A stretch of DNA of 32,000 nt from Candidatus Korarchaeum cryptofilum OPF8 (GCF_000019605.1 NC_010482.1:990001-1022000); one strand, 5' to 3'. Positions 9,325 to 18,933 are shown, counted from the first letter of the stretch. A program made the numbers and translations. The notes: a model not told the origin generated them from the sequence alone.

Positions 9325-9348
9325 CTTGAGTTTCATCTTGAGTTTCAT
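9325..9348 (+). repeat. Perfect 12-bp tandem duplication (cttgagtttcat x2) at the 5' end of the 9326 ORF
   Basis: Read directly from the sequence: 9325-9336 is identical to 9337-9348. It is in frame and encodes (M/L)SFI-LSFI. Confidence 0.9.
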
Positions 9349-9670
9349 AGTCACGCTAGTAGTGAGCGCAGTAGTGATATGGCTCGCCCAGAAGATAGTG
9401 CTCCCTAGGGAGAAGGAGAAGGGCATCATATCCGTCCTAGCATTAGCCTTCGTATGGTCCATTATAGAATTCGTGCTCTCTTTCATCTTCTCCATAATCC
9501 CCTTAGGCGTACTAGAGGGGTTAATAGTCCTCATCCTCTGGGTCTGGGTACTTAAGTCTTGGTTCAATGTGGGCTGGCTTCAGGCAGCAGGCATATCTCT
9601 AGTCGCTTGGATAATAATGCTCGTGGTAGGATTCTTCTTGGGAATGGGCTCCCTCACGGGACTAATCTAA
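9326..9670 (+). CDS. Small integral membrane protein (about 4 TM helices)
   Basis: 114-aa ORF that is almost entirely hydrophobic helices. It has a TTG start; a second in-frame TTG at 9338 is equally possible because of the tandem duplication. Confidence 0.5.
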   Translation: MSFILSFIVTLVVSAVVIWLAQKIVLPREKEKGIISVLALAFVWSIIEFVLSFIFSIIPLGVLEGLIVLILWVWVLKSWFNVGWLQAAGISLVAWIIMLVVGFFLGMGSLTGLI

Positions 9671-10401
9671 CCAATTATTTTTCTCAATTCATCGAAAGCT
9701 CTCCCTATTTCTTTATGCTTGAGCGCCATGTCTTCGAATAATATGGAATTGAACCTCTCCAATGGAGTCTCATCGAAATTAGCCTCTATGTATCTCAGCC
9801 CCCTCTTATCCTTTAGGACCTCCCTAATCTCATAGGGGCCCTCATGCAGCTTCAGGAGGCCGGCCACCGCTACAGTTCCTACCGATGATGCTAGAGCTAG
9901 AGTGCCGGCTTTATTTATCAGATGGGTCCTAGTCACTCTATCAGCTCCCACTAATCCAATAGCTCCCCTCTTCATGGAAATCCAAGGAATTAAGGAATCC
10001 TTGGTCAATATCACGGAGAATCCGAATTCATTCAGTATTCTGGCTGTCTCGATCCCCTCTCCCCCGGGGAGGGATTCGCTCACTATCACCTCCTCAGGGC
10101 CATATTCTTTAATGCAGTTTATGACAGAGGAGCTCCTGCTTATTGTAGCTACTCTCCTGACCCCCAGTTCACTCAGATGCTTCGAGCACGTCCTGACGAG
10201 CCTCACCTTCGAGCTCTCGAAGAAATCGCGTAGCTTAATCAATGAGCCGCTGCAAGCAGCTCTAGCTAGATGCTCGAGAGCCGACATCTCGGGATGGGCC
10301 CTAGCTAGCATTAGAGCGTGATTGCAGGGATCTTCCATATTCATCAGGATATTGAGGGCATCCTCGAATATCTCTAGGGACCCCCTCCTTCTATCCTTCA
10401 T
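9667..10401 (-). CDS. eIF-2B alpha/beta/delta-family (IF-2B superfamily) protein, short form
   Basis: The C-terminal motif GLVGADRVTRTHLINKAGTLALA matches the IF-2B family (GADxV...NK.GT). I moved the start to the internal ATG at 10401, which removes the 35-nt overlap with glyA. Confidence 0.7.
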   Translation of the reverse strand: MKDRRRGSLEIFEDALNILMNMEDPCNHALMLARAHPEMSALEHLARAACSGSLIKLRDFFESSKVRLVRTCSKHLSELGVRRVATISRSSSVINCIKEYGPEEVIVSESLPGGEGIETARILNEFGFSVILTKDSLIPWISMKRGAIGLVGADRVTRTHLINKAGTLALASSVGTVAVAGLLKLHEGPYEIREVLKDKRGLRYIEANFDETPLERFNSILFEDMALKHKEIGRAFDELRKIIG

Positions 10402-10408
10402 TAGATCC

Positions 10409-11725
10409 TCAATATTCGTAAGCCGGACCCTCCTCGAACGCATACTTGACGTTCCTGAACCTCTTTCTCAGCTCACTCACTTCCCCAGCTACCTTCTTAG
10501 GATCTTCCCTATCCAAGAGGACCTTCCTGTAAAGCTTAGCTATTTCCTTCATCTCCTCCTCCCCCATGCCCAGCCTCGTCAACTCAGAGACACCGAGCCT
10601 CAAACCACCGGGATCCTTGAAGCTCCTTCCTCTCTTTATGTCCCAGGGCAGCAAGTTCCTATTCACTATTATATTCGCCTCTTCCAGAAGCTTCTCGCAT
10701 CTATGACCTCCTCCAAGGGCGTCCACATCGAGGAGCACTTGATGAGATTGCGTGAAGCCCAGATGCTCAGCTACTACTGAGAAGCCCTCGTCATGGAGTG
10801 CCTGAGCTAAGGCTTTAGCGTTCCTCACTACCGCTCTCGCGTACTCCTCCCCGAATGCTAACATCTCAGCTGCAGCTAATGCTAATGCCGCTACAGAGTG
10901 CAGGTGGTGATTGCTCAGCAGACCGGGGAAGTTGGCCAATTTTATCCTCTCGAATTTCTCCTCATCGTTAGTAATGACTGCTCCATGCTGAGGTCCGAAG
11001 AAAGTCTTATGAGTGCTCATGGTCATCACATCCGCTCCTTCCTCCATAGGCTGTTGGAACTGCTTCCCAGCTATGAGGCCAGCTACATGAGCCGCATCAT
11101 AGTGCAGAAGAGCCCCTACTGACTTGCATACATCTGAGAGCTCCTTCACAGGATGGGGGAAGAGTATCACACTCCCCCCTAATATAACTAACTTGGGTTT
11201 GTTCTCCTCTATCCTCTTTATGCTCTTATCAACATCTACATTCATGTTATGATCATCGAAAGCCAGGTACTTGACATCCAGCCCTCTGACAGCCCCAGCA
11301 GTCCCCCCTATGAACTGACCCTCGCTCCCCCTCAGGGGTCCCATGCTTATGTGCCCTCCCTTCGTTATCGGGAGGGCCATGGCTACATCACCCGGGTTAG
11401 TGAATGCAGTATATACCGCTAAATTTGCGACCACACCGCTTATTGGCCTTACATCAGCGAATTTAACGTTGAAAAGTCTCTTAACGAGCTCCATAGCTAT
11501 CGATTCTACTTCATCTATGTACTTAGTTCCCGCGTAGACCCTCTCCCCGACCCATCCCTCAGCATATCTGTGACCGAAATCTGATGTCATGGCCTTCCTA
11601 ACAGCTGGGCTTGTGACGTTCTCACTCGCTATCATCGGAAGGGATGAATCGAACCACTTATGATGCTCCAATATCGATGATTTAACCCTCCCATACGCTT
11701 CGACAGGGTCCAAGGTGACACCCAA
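10409..11725 (-). CDS. glyA: Serine hydroxymethyltransferase
   Basis: Full-length 438-aa match to the SHMT pattern: MIASENVTSPAV, RYAEG, and the PLP-lysine motif MSTHKTFFGPQHG. Confidence 0.95.
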   Translation of the reverse strand: MGVTLDPVEAYGRVKSSILEHHKWFDSSLPMIASENVTSPAVRKAMTSDFGHRYAEGWVGERVYAGTKYIDEVESIAMELVKRLFNVKFADVRPISGVVANLAVYTAFTNPGDVAMALPITKGGHISMGPLRGSEGQFIGGTAGAVRGLDVKYLAFDDHNMNVDVDKSIKRIEENKPKLVILGGSVILFPHPVKELSDVCKSVGALLHYDAAHVAGLIAGKQFQQPMEEGADVMTMSTHKTFFGPQHGAVITNDEEKFERIKLANFPGLLSNHHLHSVAALALAAAEMLAFGEEYARAVVRNAKALAQALHDEGFSVVAEHLGFTQSHQVLLDVDALGGGHRCEKLLEEANIIVNRNLLPWDIKRGRSFKDPGGLRLGVSELTRLGMGEEEMKEIAKLYRKVLLDREDPKKVAGEVSELRKRFRNVKYAFEEGPAYEY

Positions 11726-11772
11726 GAATTATTGAGGATTAAGTTATTAATCTAGTTTACTCGTCCCCCTCA

Positions 11773-12951
11773 ATGCTCGAAGGTTACGTGCTCAGATGCC
11801 TGAGCTGCGGGGCTACGTATAAGCCGGATCCCTGGTTAATGAGGTGCCCCTCATGCAAGGGGCTGCTCGAACCGAAGCTCAACGATGTTGAGGTCTCTTG
11901 GGAGGATTTCAGGGGCAGGAAGTTCGGTGTTTGGAGGTATAGGGAGCTCCTCCCCAGGGTGAGGTATCAAGTGACGATGGGGGAGGGAGGAACCCCCCTC
12001 ATAGAGCTTAAGAGCAACTTGTTCGTCAAGTTCGAGGGGGCCAATCCCACTGGATCTTTCAAGGACAGAGGCATGTCTGTCGCTATAAGCGTGGCGAAGG
12101 AGATAGGGGTTAAGAGCGTTATCTGCGCCTCCACAGGTAATACAGCGGCCTCTATGTCAGCTTATGCTGCTAGAGCAGGTTTGAAGAGCTTCATAGTCCT
12201 GCCTAAGGGTAAGGTAGCTAAGGGAAAGCTCGCGCAAGCTTCCCTTCATGGAGCTACAGTAGTAGAGATAAGCGGCTCCTTCGACGAAGCCCTAGAGGCG
12301 GTAATAGAGGCATCTGGAAAGGAATTGGGACTTTACCCACTCAACTCATTCAACCCCTGGAGGTTGGAAGGTCAGAAGACTTTAGCTTATGAGATATCGG
12401 ATGAGCTAGGTGTCCCGGATTGGGTAATCTTACCGGTGGGTAACGCTGGGAATATATCAGCTTTATGGAAGGGGTTCAAGGAGCTCAAGAGCCTGGGGCT
12501 GATCGATAGGCTCCCCAGACTCGTGGGAGTGCAGGCTCGCGGAGCTTCTCCTATAGTCAGGGCATTCAGAGAGGGGAGGATGGAGTTCTTCGAGAGGCCT
12601 GAGACGGTTGCTACGGCTATAAGGATAGGGAAACCGGTGAACTGGCCTAAGGCATTGCTGGCTCTCGAGGAGAGCAATGGCATAGCGACTGATGTGAGTG
12701 ATCAGGAGATATTGGAAGCTCAGATGATGCTGGGGAGGATGGGAATTGGCGTCGAACCCGCATCAGCAGCTCCATACGCGGCTTACCTGAACCTCTTAGG
12801 GAGGGAGATAGGCGAGGATGAGAGAGTGGTGCTAATAGCCACGGGCCACGCTCTGAAGGATCCCGATATAATACCCACTCCGAGGCCGATTGAGGCATCG
12901 AGCGTGGAGGAAGCTGTTGAGGAGATAAGGAGGGTGATCGGACGAGGGTGA
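11773..12951 (+). CDS. thrC: Threonine synthase (with N-terminal Cys4 zinc-ribbon)
   Basis: PLP-lysine motif NPTGSFKDRGMS and the ASTGNTAAS loop. The N-terminus has CLSCG...CPSCKG. It is followed by thrB with a GTGA overlap. Confidence 0.9.
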   Translation: MLEGYVLRCLSCGATYKPDPWLMRCPSCKGLLEPKLNDVEVSWEDFRGRKFGVWRYRELLPRVRYQVTMGEGGTPLIELKSNLFVKFEGANPTGSFKDRGMSVAISVAKEIGVKSVICASTGNTAASMSAYAARAGLKSFIVLPKGKVAKGKLAQASLHGATVVEISGSFDEALEAVIEASGKELGLYPLNSFNPWRLEGQKTLAYEISDELGVPDWVILPVGNAGNISALWKGFKELKSLGLIDRLPRLVGVQARGASPIVRAFREGRMEFFERPETVATAIRIGKPVNWPKALLALEESNGIATDVSDQEILEAQMMLGRMGIGVEPASAAPYAAYLNLLGREIGEDERVVLIATGHALKDPDIIPTPRPIEASSVEEAVEEIRRVIGRG

Positions 12952-13841
12952 GGGCTTTCTGCTCTAGCGCTAACTTGGGACCTGGTTACGATATAGTTGG
13001 GCTGGCCCTGAATGCTTTCCACGATATAGTCGAGGTGGAGCTCGTTAAAGGGGATGGCAGGGCCGAGGTCGTGGATGTCAGGGGACCCTATTCAAACTCA
13101 ATACCCTTAGGAGAGAGGAACTCCGCAGCTGAGGCTGCTAGAGCAGCCCTGAAGTTAGCTGAGCAGAGGTTAGATGCTAAGATAAGGATATGGAAGGGAG
13201 TCCCCCCTAGGAGGGGGCTCGGTAGCAGCGGCGCTTCCGCTGCCGCCACCGTGAGAGCTATAGATATCTTGCTAGGAGGCGTTTTGAAGGATGAGGAGTT
13301 AGTTAAAGCAGCTAGTGAGGGTGAGAGAATTTCTTCTGGATCAGCACATCCAGATAACGTTGCTCCTTCCCTTTTCGGTGGGCTAGTCGTAATAGGGAGG
13401 GAGGTACTCAAGTTCAAACCGGACTTCGAGTTCCTATTGGCGATACCGTGGATCGACGTCCCTGAGAACAAGACCGAGTACATGAGGAATTTGATACCGA
13501 AGGAAGTGCCTCTAGATAAGTTCTCAAAGCACTGCTTACACCTCTCCCACCTCATGCTAGGTATAGCTTTGAACGATGCTAGGATCTTCGGGGAGGGGAT
13601 GAATTACTCCTTCATAGATGAGTGCAGGTCACGATCGATCCCCGGATTCGATGAACTGAGGAGGAGGGCACTTGAGAATGGAGCTCTCGGTGTTTCGATA
13701 AGTGGAGCAGGCCCGAGTATCCTCATACTATGCGAGGATTGCCCTAGAGTCTCCAGAGTGCTGAGGGATGAATTTAAGAGGATAGGAGTCCCTGCTACGA
13801 TTCTAGAGGCTTCTCCTGCTGAGGGAGCATCGGCCCTCTGA
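12948..13841 (+). CDS. thrB: Homoserine kinase (GHMP kinase)
   Basis: N-terminal SSANLGPGYD and the GHMP motif PPRRGLGSSGASAAA. It is operonic with thrC. Confidence 0.9.
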   Translation: MRAFCSSANLGPGYDIVGLALNAFHDIVEVELVKGDGRAEVVDVRGPYSNSIPLGERNSAAEAARAALKLAEQRLDAKIRIWKGVPPRRGLGSSGASAAATVRAIDILLGGVLKDEELVKAASEGERISSGSAHPDNVAPSLFGGLVVIGREVLKFKPDFEFLLAIPWIDVPENKTEYMRNLIPKEVPLDKFSKHCLHLSHLMLGIALNDARIFGEGMNYSFIDECRSRSIPGFDELRRRALENGALGVSISGAGPSILILCEDCPRVSRVLRDEFKRIGVPATILEASPAEGASAL

Positions 13842-13997
13842 ATGGGGCATGCTGGTAAATAGCTCTCTCACTTAGCACGAGATTTTGAAGTTAGGTGAGC
13901 TGAGAAGCTATTAATAGCAGAATTAACCTTCCCACTACAATTTGAAACCATCTGCGTGAAAAAAATTTTTTTATTTCCTTCCCCTCGGATCACCTTG

Positions 13998-15086
13998 ATG
14001 AGGATAAGGATAAAGGGAGGTTACTTCATCCCGGATCTCGAAACCCCTAAGGAGGCTCATATAGAGCTAACTAACGAGTGTAACTTGAATTGCACGATCT
14101 GTTACAGGAGGTGGTTCGAGAGATCGGGCTTCATGGATTCGAACCTCTTTGAGAAAATACTCTCTGAGCTCAAGGATATGGGGGTTAAGAGCGTATGGTT
14201 CGATGGGTTTGGGGAGCCCACTTTCCATCCGAAATTCGAGGAATTCTCGAGCATGGCATCTAGGGATTTCGAGCTCAATTTAGTGACTAACGGCACGATC
14301 ATAGGGAGCAAGCTGAGATGCATATCTGAGAACTTCAAGAACGTTTTCGTCAGCTTGGAGGCTTCAGATCCCTTGTTATACTCCAGAGTGAGGGGATTCG
14401 AATTTGAGAGGTTAAATGATACTGTGAGATCCCTAGTTAAGGAGGGGGTGAGGGTCTGGATCTCCACGGTCCTTCTGAAGGATACTTACGAGGCCCTCCC
14501 CTCCTTAGTGAGGTGGGCCTCTGAACTGGGCATAAAGGGGATATTGACCTCGAATCTCATCCCCACTAGTGAGAAGATGAGTGAGGAAAAGTTATATGGT
14601 AGGGTTGAGGTGGATCACGTCTCAGATGTCATGAGGGAGTCCTGGATCCTCGCTACTTCGAATAACATGAAGCTACTGGCTCCCTCGTTTTATTACAGGA
14701 GCGATAGGTGGTGCCCCTTCGTTGAAGGGGATTCCCTCGCTATAACTTATGAGGGAGATGTCTCCCCCTGCCTTTTCGCACTCCACGACTATAGAGCTTG
14801 GATTGAAGGAAAGGAAGTTCAGGTGAGGCAGATAAGCTTTGGTAATTTGAGAGAGAGAAGTTTAAGGGAAATCTGGTTCTCAGAAGATTATGTGATCTTC
14901 AGATCATTCGTAAAGCTCTCCAATTATCCATCATGCCATGACTGCCCGGCTTGGGAGGGATGCGGGATCTCAGAGAGCAATGAATATGATTGCTGGGGCA
15001 ACTCCCCATCCTGTTCCTTCTGTCCATATTACAGGGGAGTCGTGAGATGTCCTACAGGCCATGCCGTGAGGGGATTGCTCTCTTGA
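13998..15086 (+). CDS. Radical SAM enzyme with a C-terminal SPASM-type Cys-rich domain
   Basis: CX3CX2C motif (ELTNECNLNCTICY), GFGEPT, and a C-terminal cysteine cluster (CPF...SPCLF...CHDCPAWEGCG...CWGNSPSCSFCPYY...CP). The ATG at 13998 is preferred over the GTG at 13956 because the A7T7 TATA-like tract lies at 13959-13972. Confidence 0.8.
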   Translation: MRIRIKGGYFIPDLETPKEAHIELTNECNLNCTICYRRWFERSGFMDSNLFEKILSELKDMGVKSVWFDGFGEPTFHPKFEEFSSMASRDFELNLVTNGTIIGSKLRCISENFKNVFVSLEASDPLLYSRVRGFEFERLNDTVRSLVKEGVRVWISTVLLKDTYEALPSLVRWASELGIKGILTSNLIPTSEKMSEEKLYGRVEVDHVSDVMRESWILATSNNMKLLAPSFYYRSDRWCPFVEGDSLAITYEGDVSPCLFALHDYRAWIEGKEVQVRQISFGNLRERSLREIWFSEDYVIFRSFVKLSNYPSCHDCPAWEGCGISESNEYDCWGNSPSCSFCPYYRGVVRCPTGHAVRGLLS

Positions 15087-15110
15087 TAGCGACCACCTTA
15101 AAGAGGGAAA

Positions 15111-15120
15111 CTTTTAAAAT
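15111..15120 (+). promoter_or_regulatory. TATA-box-like element for tRNA-Val(CAC)
   Basis: cttttaaaat is centred about 25 nt upstream of the tRNA 5' end. The other two tRNA genes in the window show the same spacing. Confidence 0.5.
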
Positions 15121-15140
15121 TTGAGCATAGTTAAGCAAGG

Positions 15141-15213
15141 GGGCCGGTGGTCTAGAGGCTATGACGCCGCCCTCACACGGCGGAGGTCGTGGGTTCGAGT
15201 CCCACCCGGCCCA
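15141..15213 (+). tRNA. tRNA-Val (anticodon CAC)
   Basis: Hand-folded cloverleaf. Acceptor GGGCCGG/CCGGCCC, anticodon stem CCGCC/GGCGG with loop CTCACAC, T-arm GTGGG-TTCGAGT-CCCAC. 73 nt; no encoded CCA. Confidence 0.9.
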
Positions 15214-15486
15214 CTCCTCGATAATTTTCGGGAAATTTCGCTTGATTTCTCATATTACTGGCTAATTCATTAGCCTCAAGAAAGCATATTGTATGAATCG
15301 CGAGAAATTGAGAGATCACTTGAAATTTAATTGGAAAACTTTCAGCAGAACGGCAGCTCTTCTTGAACTTTCCGTATAAACTCTCCCAAGACCCTCATGC
15401 CCGAATCGATCTTCGCAAAGATTAGCTTCTCCTCTTGAAGGATTCCCGCATGAACTCCGCCATGAAGTCCCAGAGATCATTGAAGT

Positions 15487-16164
15487 TCATGACCAGTTCT
15501 TCAGTGTTATAGCTATAAAATCGCCATCTTTTAATCCAAGGAGCTTCCTAAGGTTTTCTTTATGAATTATCTCCAGCACATCGAAGCCGTAATGCCTCCT
15601 CCTCGGGAATATCGAATAAGCCTCTATCTCGCTATTGATCTTCACAGGGTACACTTCGACCTCCCCGAAGGTCCTTCCCTCCTCCGAGAACCCCTGTACC
15701 ACTTTAGGCATTACCCTCCTCCTCCAATCATCGATCTTCCTCGTATCCTCAGCGCTAACCCTCAAGTTTAGAGTCCCGGGATATGGCTCGTAGCCTATCA
15801 TCTTAGCGAAAGCTGATGAATATCCCTTCCTGGACATGTAATAGGCCCCCTCACCCATCCCCGAGAAAACTTCCCCCATTATCACGATCTCCCCCCATTC
15901 CACGCCTTCCAAAGATTCCTTCAATGAAAGTAAGAAATCCAGGGATTTATCGGACAGTAGGATAAACTGAACTTTCTTTGATGATACTTTTATGAATCCG
16001 AGCTCCTCAGCCCTCGAAACCCATCTCGATAGTGTCGCCCTGGAGACCCCCATATGCTTCCCGAGTTCCGTGACCTTCACGGGCCTCTTAGTCGCTCCAA
16101 GTAACGCGAGAGTTACTATTAAATATGTTACGAAGGGATCCATTCTATCTGCCATCAATTCCAT
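15487..16164 (-). CDS. ribK: CTP-dependent riboflavin kinase fused to an N-terminal winged-HTH (RbkR-type bifunctional kinase/regulator)
   Basis: The C-terminal half carries the archaeal riboflavin kinase motif (YPGTLNLRV ... GEVEVYPV ... RRRHYGFDVLEI). The N-terminal 60 aa look like an HTH (VTELGKHMGVSRATLSRWVSRAEELGFI). Confidence 0.8.
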   Translation of the reverse strand: MELMADRMDPFVTYLIVTLALLGATKRPVKVTELGKHMGVSRATLSRWVSRAEELGFIKVSSKKVQFILLSDKSLDFLLSLKESLEGVEWGEIVIMGEVFSGMGEGAYYMSRKGYSSAFAKMIGYEPYPGTLNLRVSAEDTRKIDDWRRRVMPKVVQGFSEEGRTFGEVEVYPVKINSEIEAYSIFPRRRHYGFDVLEIIHKENLRKLLGLKDGDFIAITLKNWS

Positions 16165-16783
16165 CCCTCCTGCTCGATTTAACGAATATGATCTCCGATG
16201 TTGTTTTCTCTATCATGATCCTAGCCTCATCCACCTTCCTCCTCAGTGGTATCAGAGAATCCGGGAAGACGGCGGAATTTATCCCTTCATATATCTCCTC
16301 CATGATCTCTACGAGCTCCTCGGCTCCTCTAACGTTCCCCTCCTTTAGATAGTGGAGAGCTATCCTCCTGAGCTCTCCCACTACATCGCTCACCCCCAAT
16401 AAGTATTCCCTAGCCCCAACACCTAGCTCAATGTGATTAGGCACCTCCTCGCCCATCACTATCTTGCAGAGGACTATTCCCTCGACTAACTCCTGGACTG
16501 CATCCTGTACTACGCTAGCTGCCAACTCAGAGAAGCCGGGTTTCGATTTAAGCTCCCCTATGAACTCCCTCACATCCCTCAATGATTCTAATAACGTCTT
16601 CTCAACATTCCTAAGGTTCCTGAACTCCCTAGATTCCAGTATGGAGTTCCTGGCTATCGATATCCATCTCCTCGAGTTTCTTATTGCCTCCTCCCTTACC
16701 TCATTGAGCTCCTCCATTTCCCTGATCGCCAACCTAAGTTGCTCCCTCAACATCATTTTTATCGGTAGCATGCGACATAGCAT
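16145..16783 (-). CDS. Translin-family protein
   Basis: All-helical protein of about 210 aa with the translin-like core YLLGVSDVVGELRRIALHYLKEG. The start is uncertain: 16783, 16771 or 16756 are all possible, and the 16792 gene starts only 8 nt away on the opposite strand. Confidence 0.65.
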   Translation of the reverse strand: MLCRMLPIKMMLREQLRLAIREMEELNEVREEAIRNSRRWISIARNSILESREFRNLRNVEKTLLESLRDVREFIGELKSKPGFSELAASVVQDAVQELVEGIVLCKIVMGEEVPNHIELGVGAREYLLGVSDVVGELRRIALHYLKEGNVRGAEELVEIMEEIYEGINSAVFPDSLIPLRRKVDEARIMIEKTTSEIIFVKSSRRDGIDGR

Positions 16784-16791
16784 GATAAAAG

Positions 16792-17769
16792 ATGTTGGCC
16801 TTAGGCGTGAGTACCCCCTCCCACGTGAGGAAGTTGATGGAGAAGCAGGGCTACAAATTTATCCTCAATCATTCAGCTGTGAAGCCCTGCTATTGGTTTA
16901 GGAAATCTATAATGGAGGGGAAGACCTGCTACAAGAATAAATTCTTCGGTATACCGACTTGGAGATGCATTCAGATGACCCCTACCGCTTCATTCTGCAA
17001 TATGCAGTGCGTTTACTGCTGGAGGTTGAACGCTAGCGATGTGCCCATGTCTCAGAGATGGGTCGAGGTGCCTGAGGGCAAGTGGGACGATCCTGAGGAG
17101 ATAGCTGAGGAGAGCGTGAGAGTCCACAGGATGCTAGTGCAGGGGTATAAGGGCGTGAGGGTCTTCAATAAGGATTGGGTTAGGGAGGCTGAGGAGCCCA
17201 AGCACGCAGCTATATCCCTGACCGGAGAGCCGACCCTCTATCCATTCATAGGAGGGCTAGTGGAGGCCTTCTCCAAGAGGGGGATGACCACCTTCATAGT
17301 CACCAACGGTACCATGCCCGAGAGGATAGAGGGATTGGAGAGAGAGCCAACTCAACTCTATGTGACAGTTCCCGCTCCTAACGAGAAGTTATACGCTGAG
17401 ATAACTAGGCCAATATGGCCAGATGCATGGAACAGGCTTATGAGGACGTTAGAGCTCCTCCAATCACTCTCATGCCCGACTGTAATTAGGATACCCCTTA
17501 TGAAGGGACTCAATATGGATGAGAGGACCTTGGAGGAGTTCTCAGAATTGATAAATAGGTACCAGCCGACTTATGTGGAGCCCAAAGCTTATGAGTGGGT
17601 GGGATACTCGAGGAGGAGGCTCAATAAGTGGAATATGCCCTGGCACCATGAGGTCAGGGAGTTCGCTTATAGGCTCTCGGATCTCACCGGCTATAAGATA
17701 TTGGACGAATCCGAGGAGAGTGGAATAGTGCTGCTCTCCAGATTGGAGAGGGCCATCAGGTTCTACTGA
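16792..17769 (+). CDS. taw1: tRNA 4-demethylwyosine synthase (TYW1/Taw1, radical SAM)
   Basis: KPCYWFRKS..CYKNKFFGI..RCIQMTP, the CNMQCVYCWR radical SAM cluster, and SLTGEPTLYP. It is colinear with archaeal Taw1. Confidence 0.9.
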   Translation: MLALGVSTPSHVRKLMEKQGYKFILNHSAVKPCYWFRKSIMEGKTCYKNKFFGIPTWRCIQMTPTASFCNMQCVYCWRLNASDVPMSQRWVEVPEGKWDDPEEIAEESVRVHRMLVQGYKGVRVFNKDWVREAEEPKHAAISLTGEPTLYPFIGGLVEAFSKRGMTTFIVTNGTMPERIEGLEREPTQLYVTVPAPNEKLYAEITRPIWPDAWNRLMRTLELLQSLSCPTVIRIPLMKGLNMDERTLEEFSELINRYQPTYVEPKAYEWVGYSRRRLNKWNMPWHHEVREFAYRLSDLTGYKILDESEESGIVLLSRLERAIRFY

Positions 17770-17778
17770 GGTGGTAGT

Positions 17779-18459
17779 TTGAGGGGTATCGTCCTACTCC
17801 TAGGAGGTAGGGTATTCGAAGGGATATTTGAGGACTCCAGTAGGTTCAATAGGGTAATTGAATCCATTAAGGAGGTTCATGGAAGAGGGATGAGCTTAGC
17901 TATAGTAACAGGAGGGAGTGAGATCGCTAGAAAATACATAGAAGCTGTTAGAAATACTGGAGGAAGCAAATACATGCAGGATTACGCTGGGATACTTGTG
18001 ACTAGATTGCACGCTCTCCTCACAATATCCGCTTTAGGTGATCTAGCTTACCCGAAGGTCGTTGAGAGTTATGAGGAAGCGGCCTTAGCTGCCTCTACGA
18101 GTAGGATACCAGTCTCAGGCGGCATCCATCCGGGCTATTCTACGGATGCTGTAGCCGCTATAATAGCTGAGAGGCTAGGTTACGATACGTTGGTTAAGAT
18201 GACCGGAGTGGATGGCATATATGAAGAGGATCCGAGGAAGAATCCTGGGGCCAGGAGGATAGAAGAGCTCAGCTACGATTCACTTGAGAAGCTCGTAATG
18301 GGGAAATCCTATGATCCGGGGAGATATGAGTTGCTCGACATTACATCAATAAAGATTCTCAGGAGATCGTCTATAAAGACGATAATTTTAAGTGCTGATG
18401 AACCGATGGCTTTAATCGACCTCTTGGAGGGGAAGAGGGTGGGCAGCTCAGTGAGGTGA
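17779..18459 (+). CDS. pyrH: Uridylate (UMP) kinase, archaeal type
   Basis: Amino-acid-kinase fold (LLLGGRVF..., AIVTGGSEIARKYI, GIHPGYSTDAVAAIIAE, VDGIYEEDP). The TTG start is preceded by the SD-like GAGGTGG at 17768-17774. Confidence 0.9.
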   Translation: MRGIVLLLGGRVFEGIFEDSSRFNRVIESIKEVHGRGMSLAIVTGGSEIARKYIEAVRNTGGSKYMQDYAGILVTRLHALLTISALGDLAYPKVVESYEEAALAASTSRIPVSGGIHPGYSTDAVAAIIAERLGYDTLVKMTGVDGIYEEDPRKNPGARRIEELSYDSLEKLVMGKSYDPGRYELLDITSIKILRRSSIKTIILSADEPMALIDLLEGKRVGSSVR

Positions 18460-18463
18460 AATC

Positions 18464-18841
18464 ATGCTATCAGGGAGGAGTTGGAGAAGAGTTCCTGCCG
18501 CTAGGAGGAGAAGAAAAGTCTCCCCATCTGTAAAAGCTGCAATAGAGGAGGCAATTTATGGTTCATTGCTCGCTCTATTCACCTTCCCCATCTCATTATT
18601 CATAGCCGAACTAGGGGTCTGGGTGATGATAGTTTGGATGCAGCCGCTCGATTTCATCTTGAGCAACTTTTACCTCACACTCGTATTGATTCAAGCGCTC
18701 TTCTTACTGATACCCGCTTATAACAAGCAGCCTATACGGTTGTTATTCGCTGCACTCGTAGCCTATTTGCTCTGGACAGCTCTAGTTTCCTTAGCTTCCT
18801 TCGATCCCGTCACCACGCTTTTCGGGAAATTACCCTATTAA
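18464..18841 (+). CDS. Hypothetical small membrane protein (Arg-rich N-terminus, 3 TM helices)
   Basis: 125-aa ORF with hydrophobic helices and no family motif. Confidence 0.45.
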   Translation: MLSGRSWRRVPAARRRRKVSPSVKAAIEEAIYGSLLALFTFPISLFIAELGVWVMIVWMQPLDFILSNFYLTLVLIQALFLLIPAYNKQPIRLLFAALVAYLLWTALVSLASFDPVTTLFGKLPY

Positions 18842-18858
18842 TTTTCAAAAATTATTGA

Positions 18859-18933
18859 TGCTCCGGCCGGGATTTGAACCCGGGTCTGGGGCTCGAGAGG
18901 CCCCTATGCTTGACCGGGCTACACCACCGGAGC
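18859..18933 (-). tRNA. tRNA-Glu (anticodon CUC)
   Basis: The reverse complement folds as acceptor GCTCCGG...CCGGAGC-A, anticodon stem GGGGC/GCCCC with loop CTCTCGA, and T-arm CCGGG-TTCAAAT-CCCGG. 75 nt. Confidence 0.9.
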
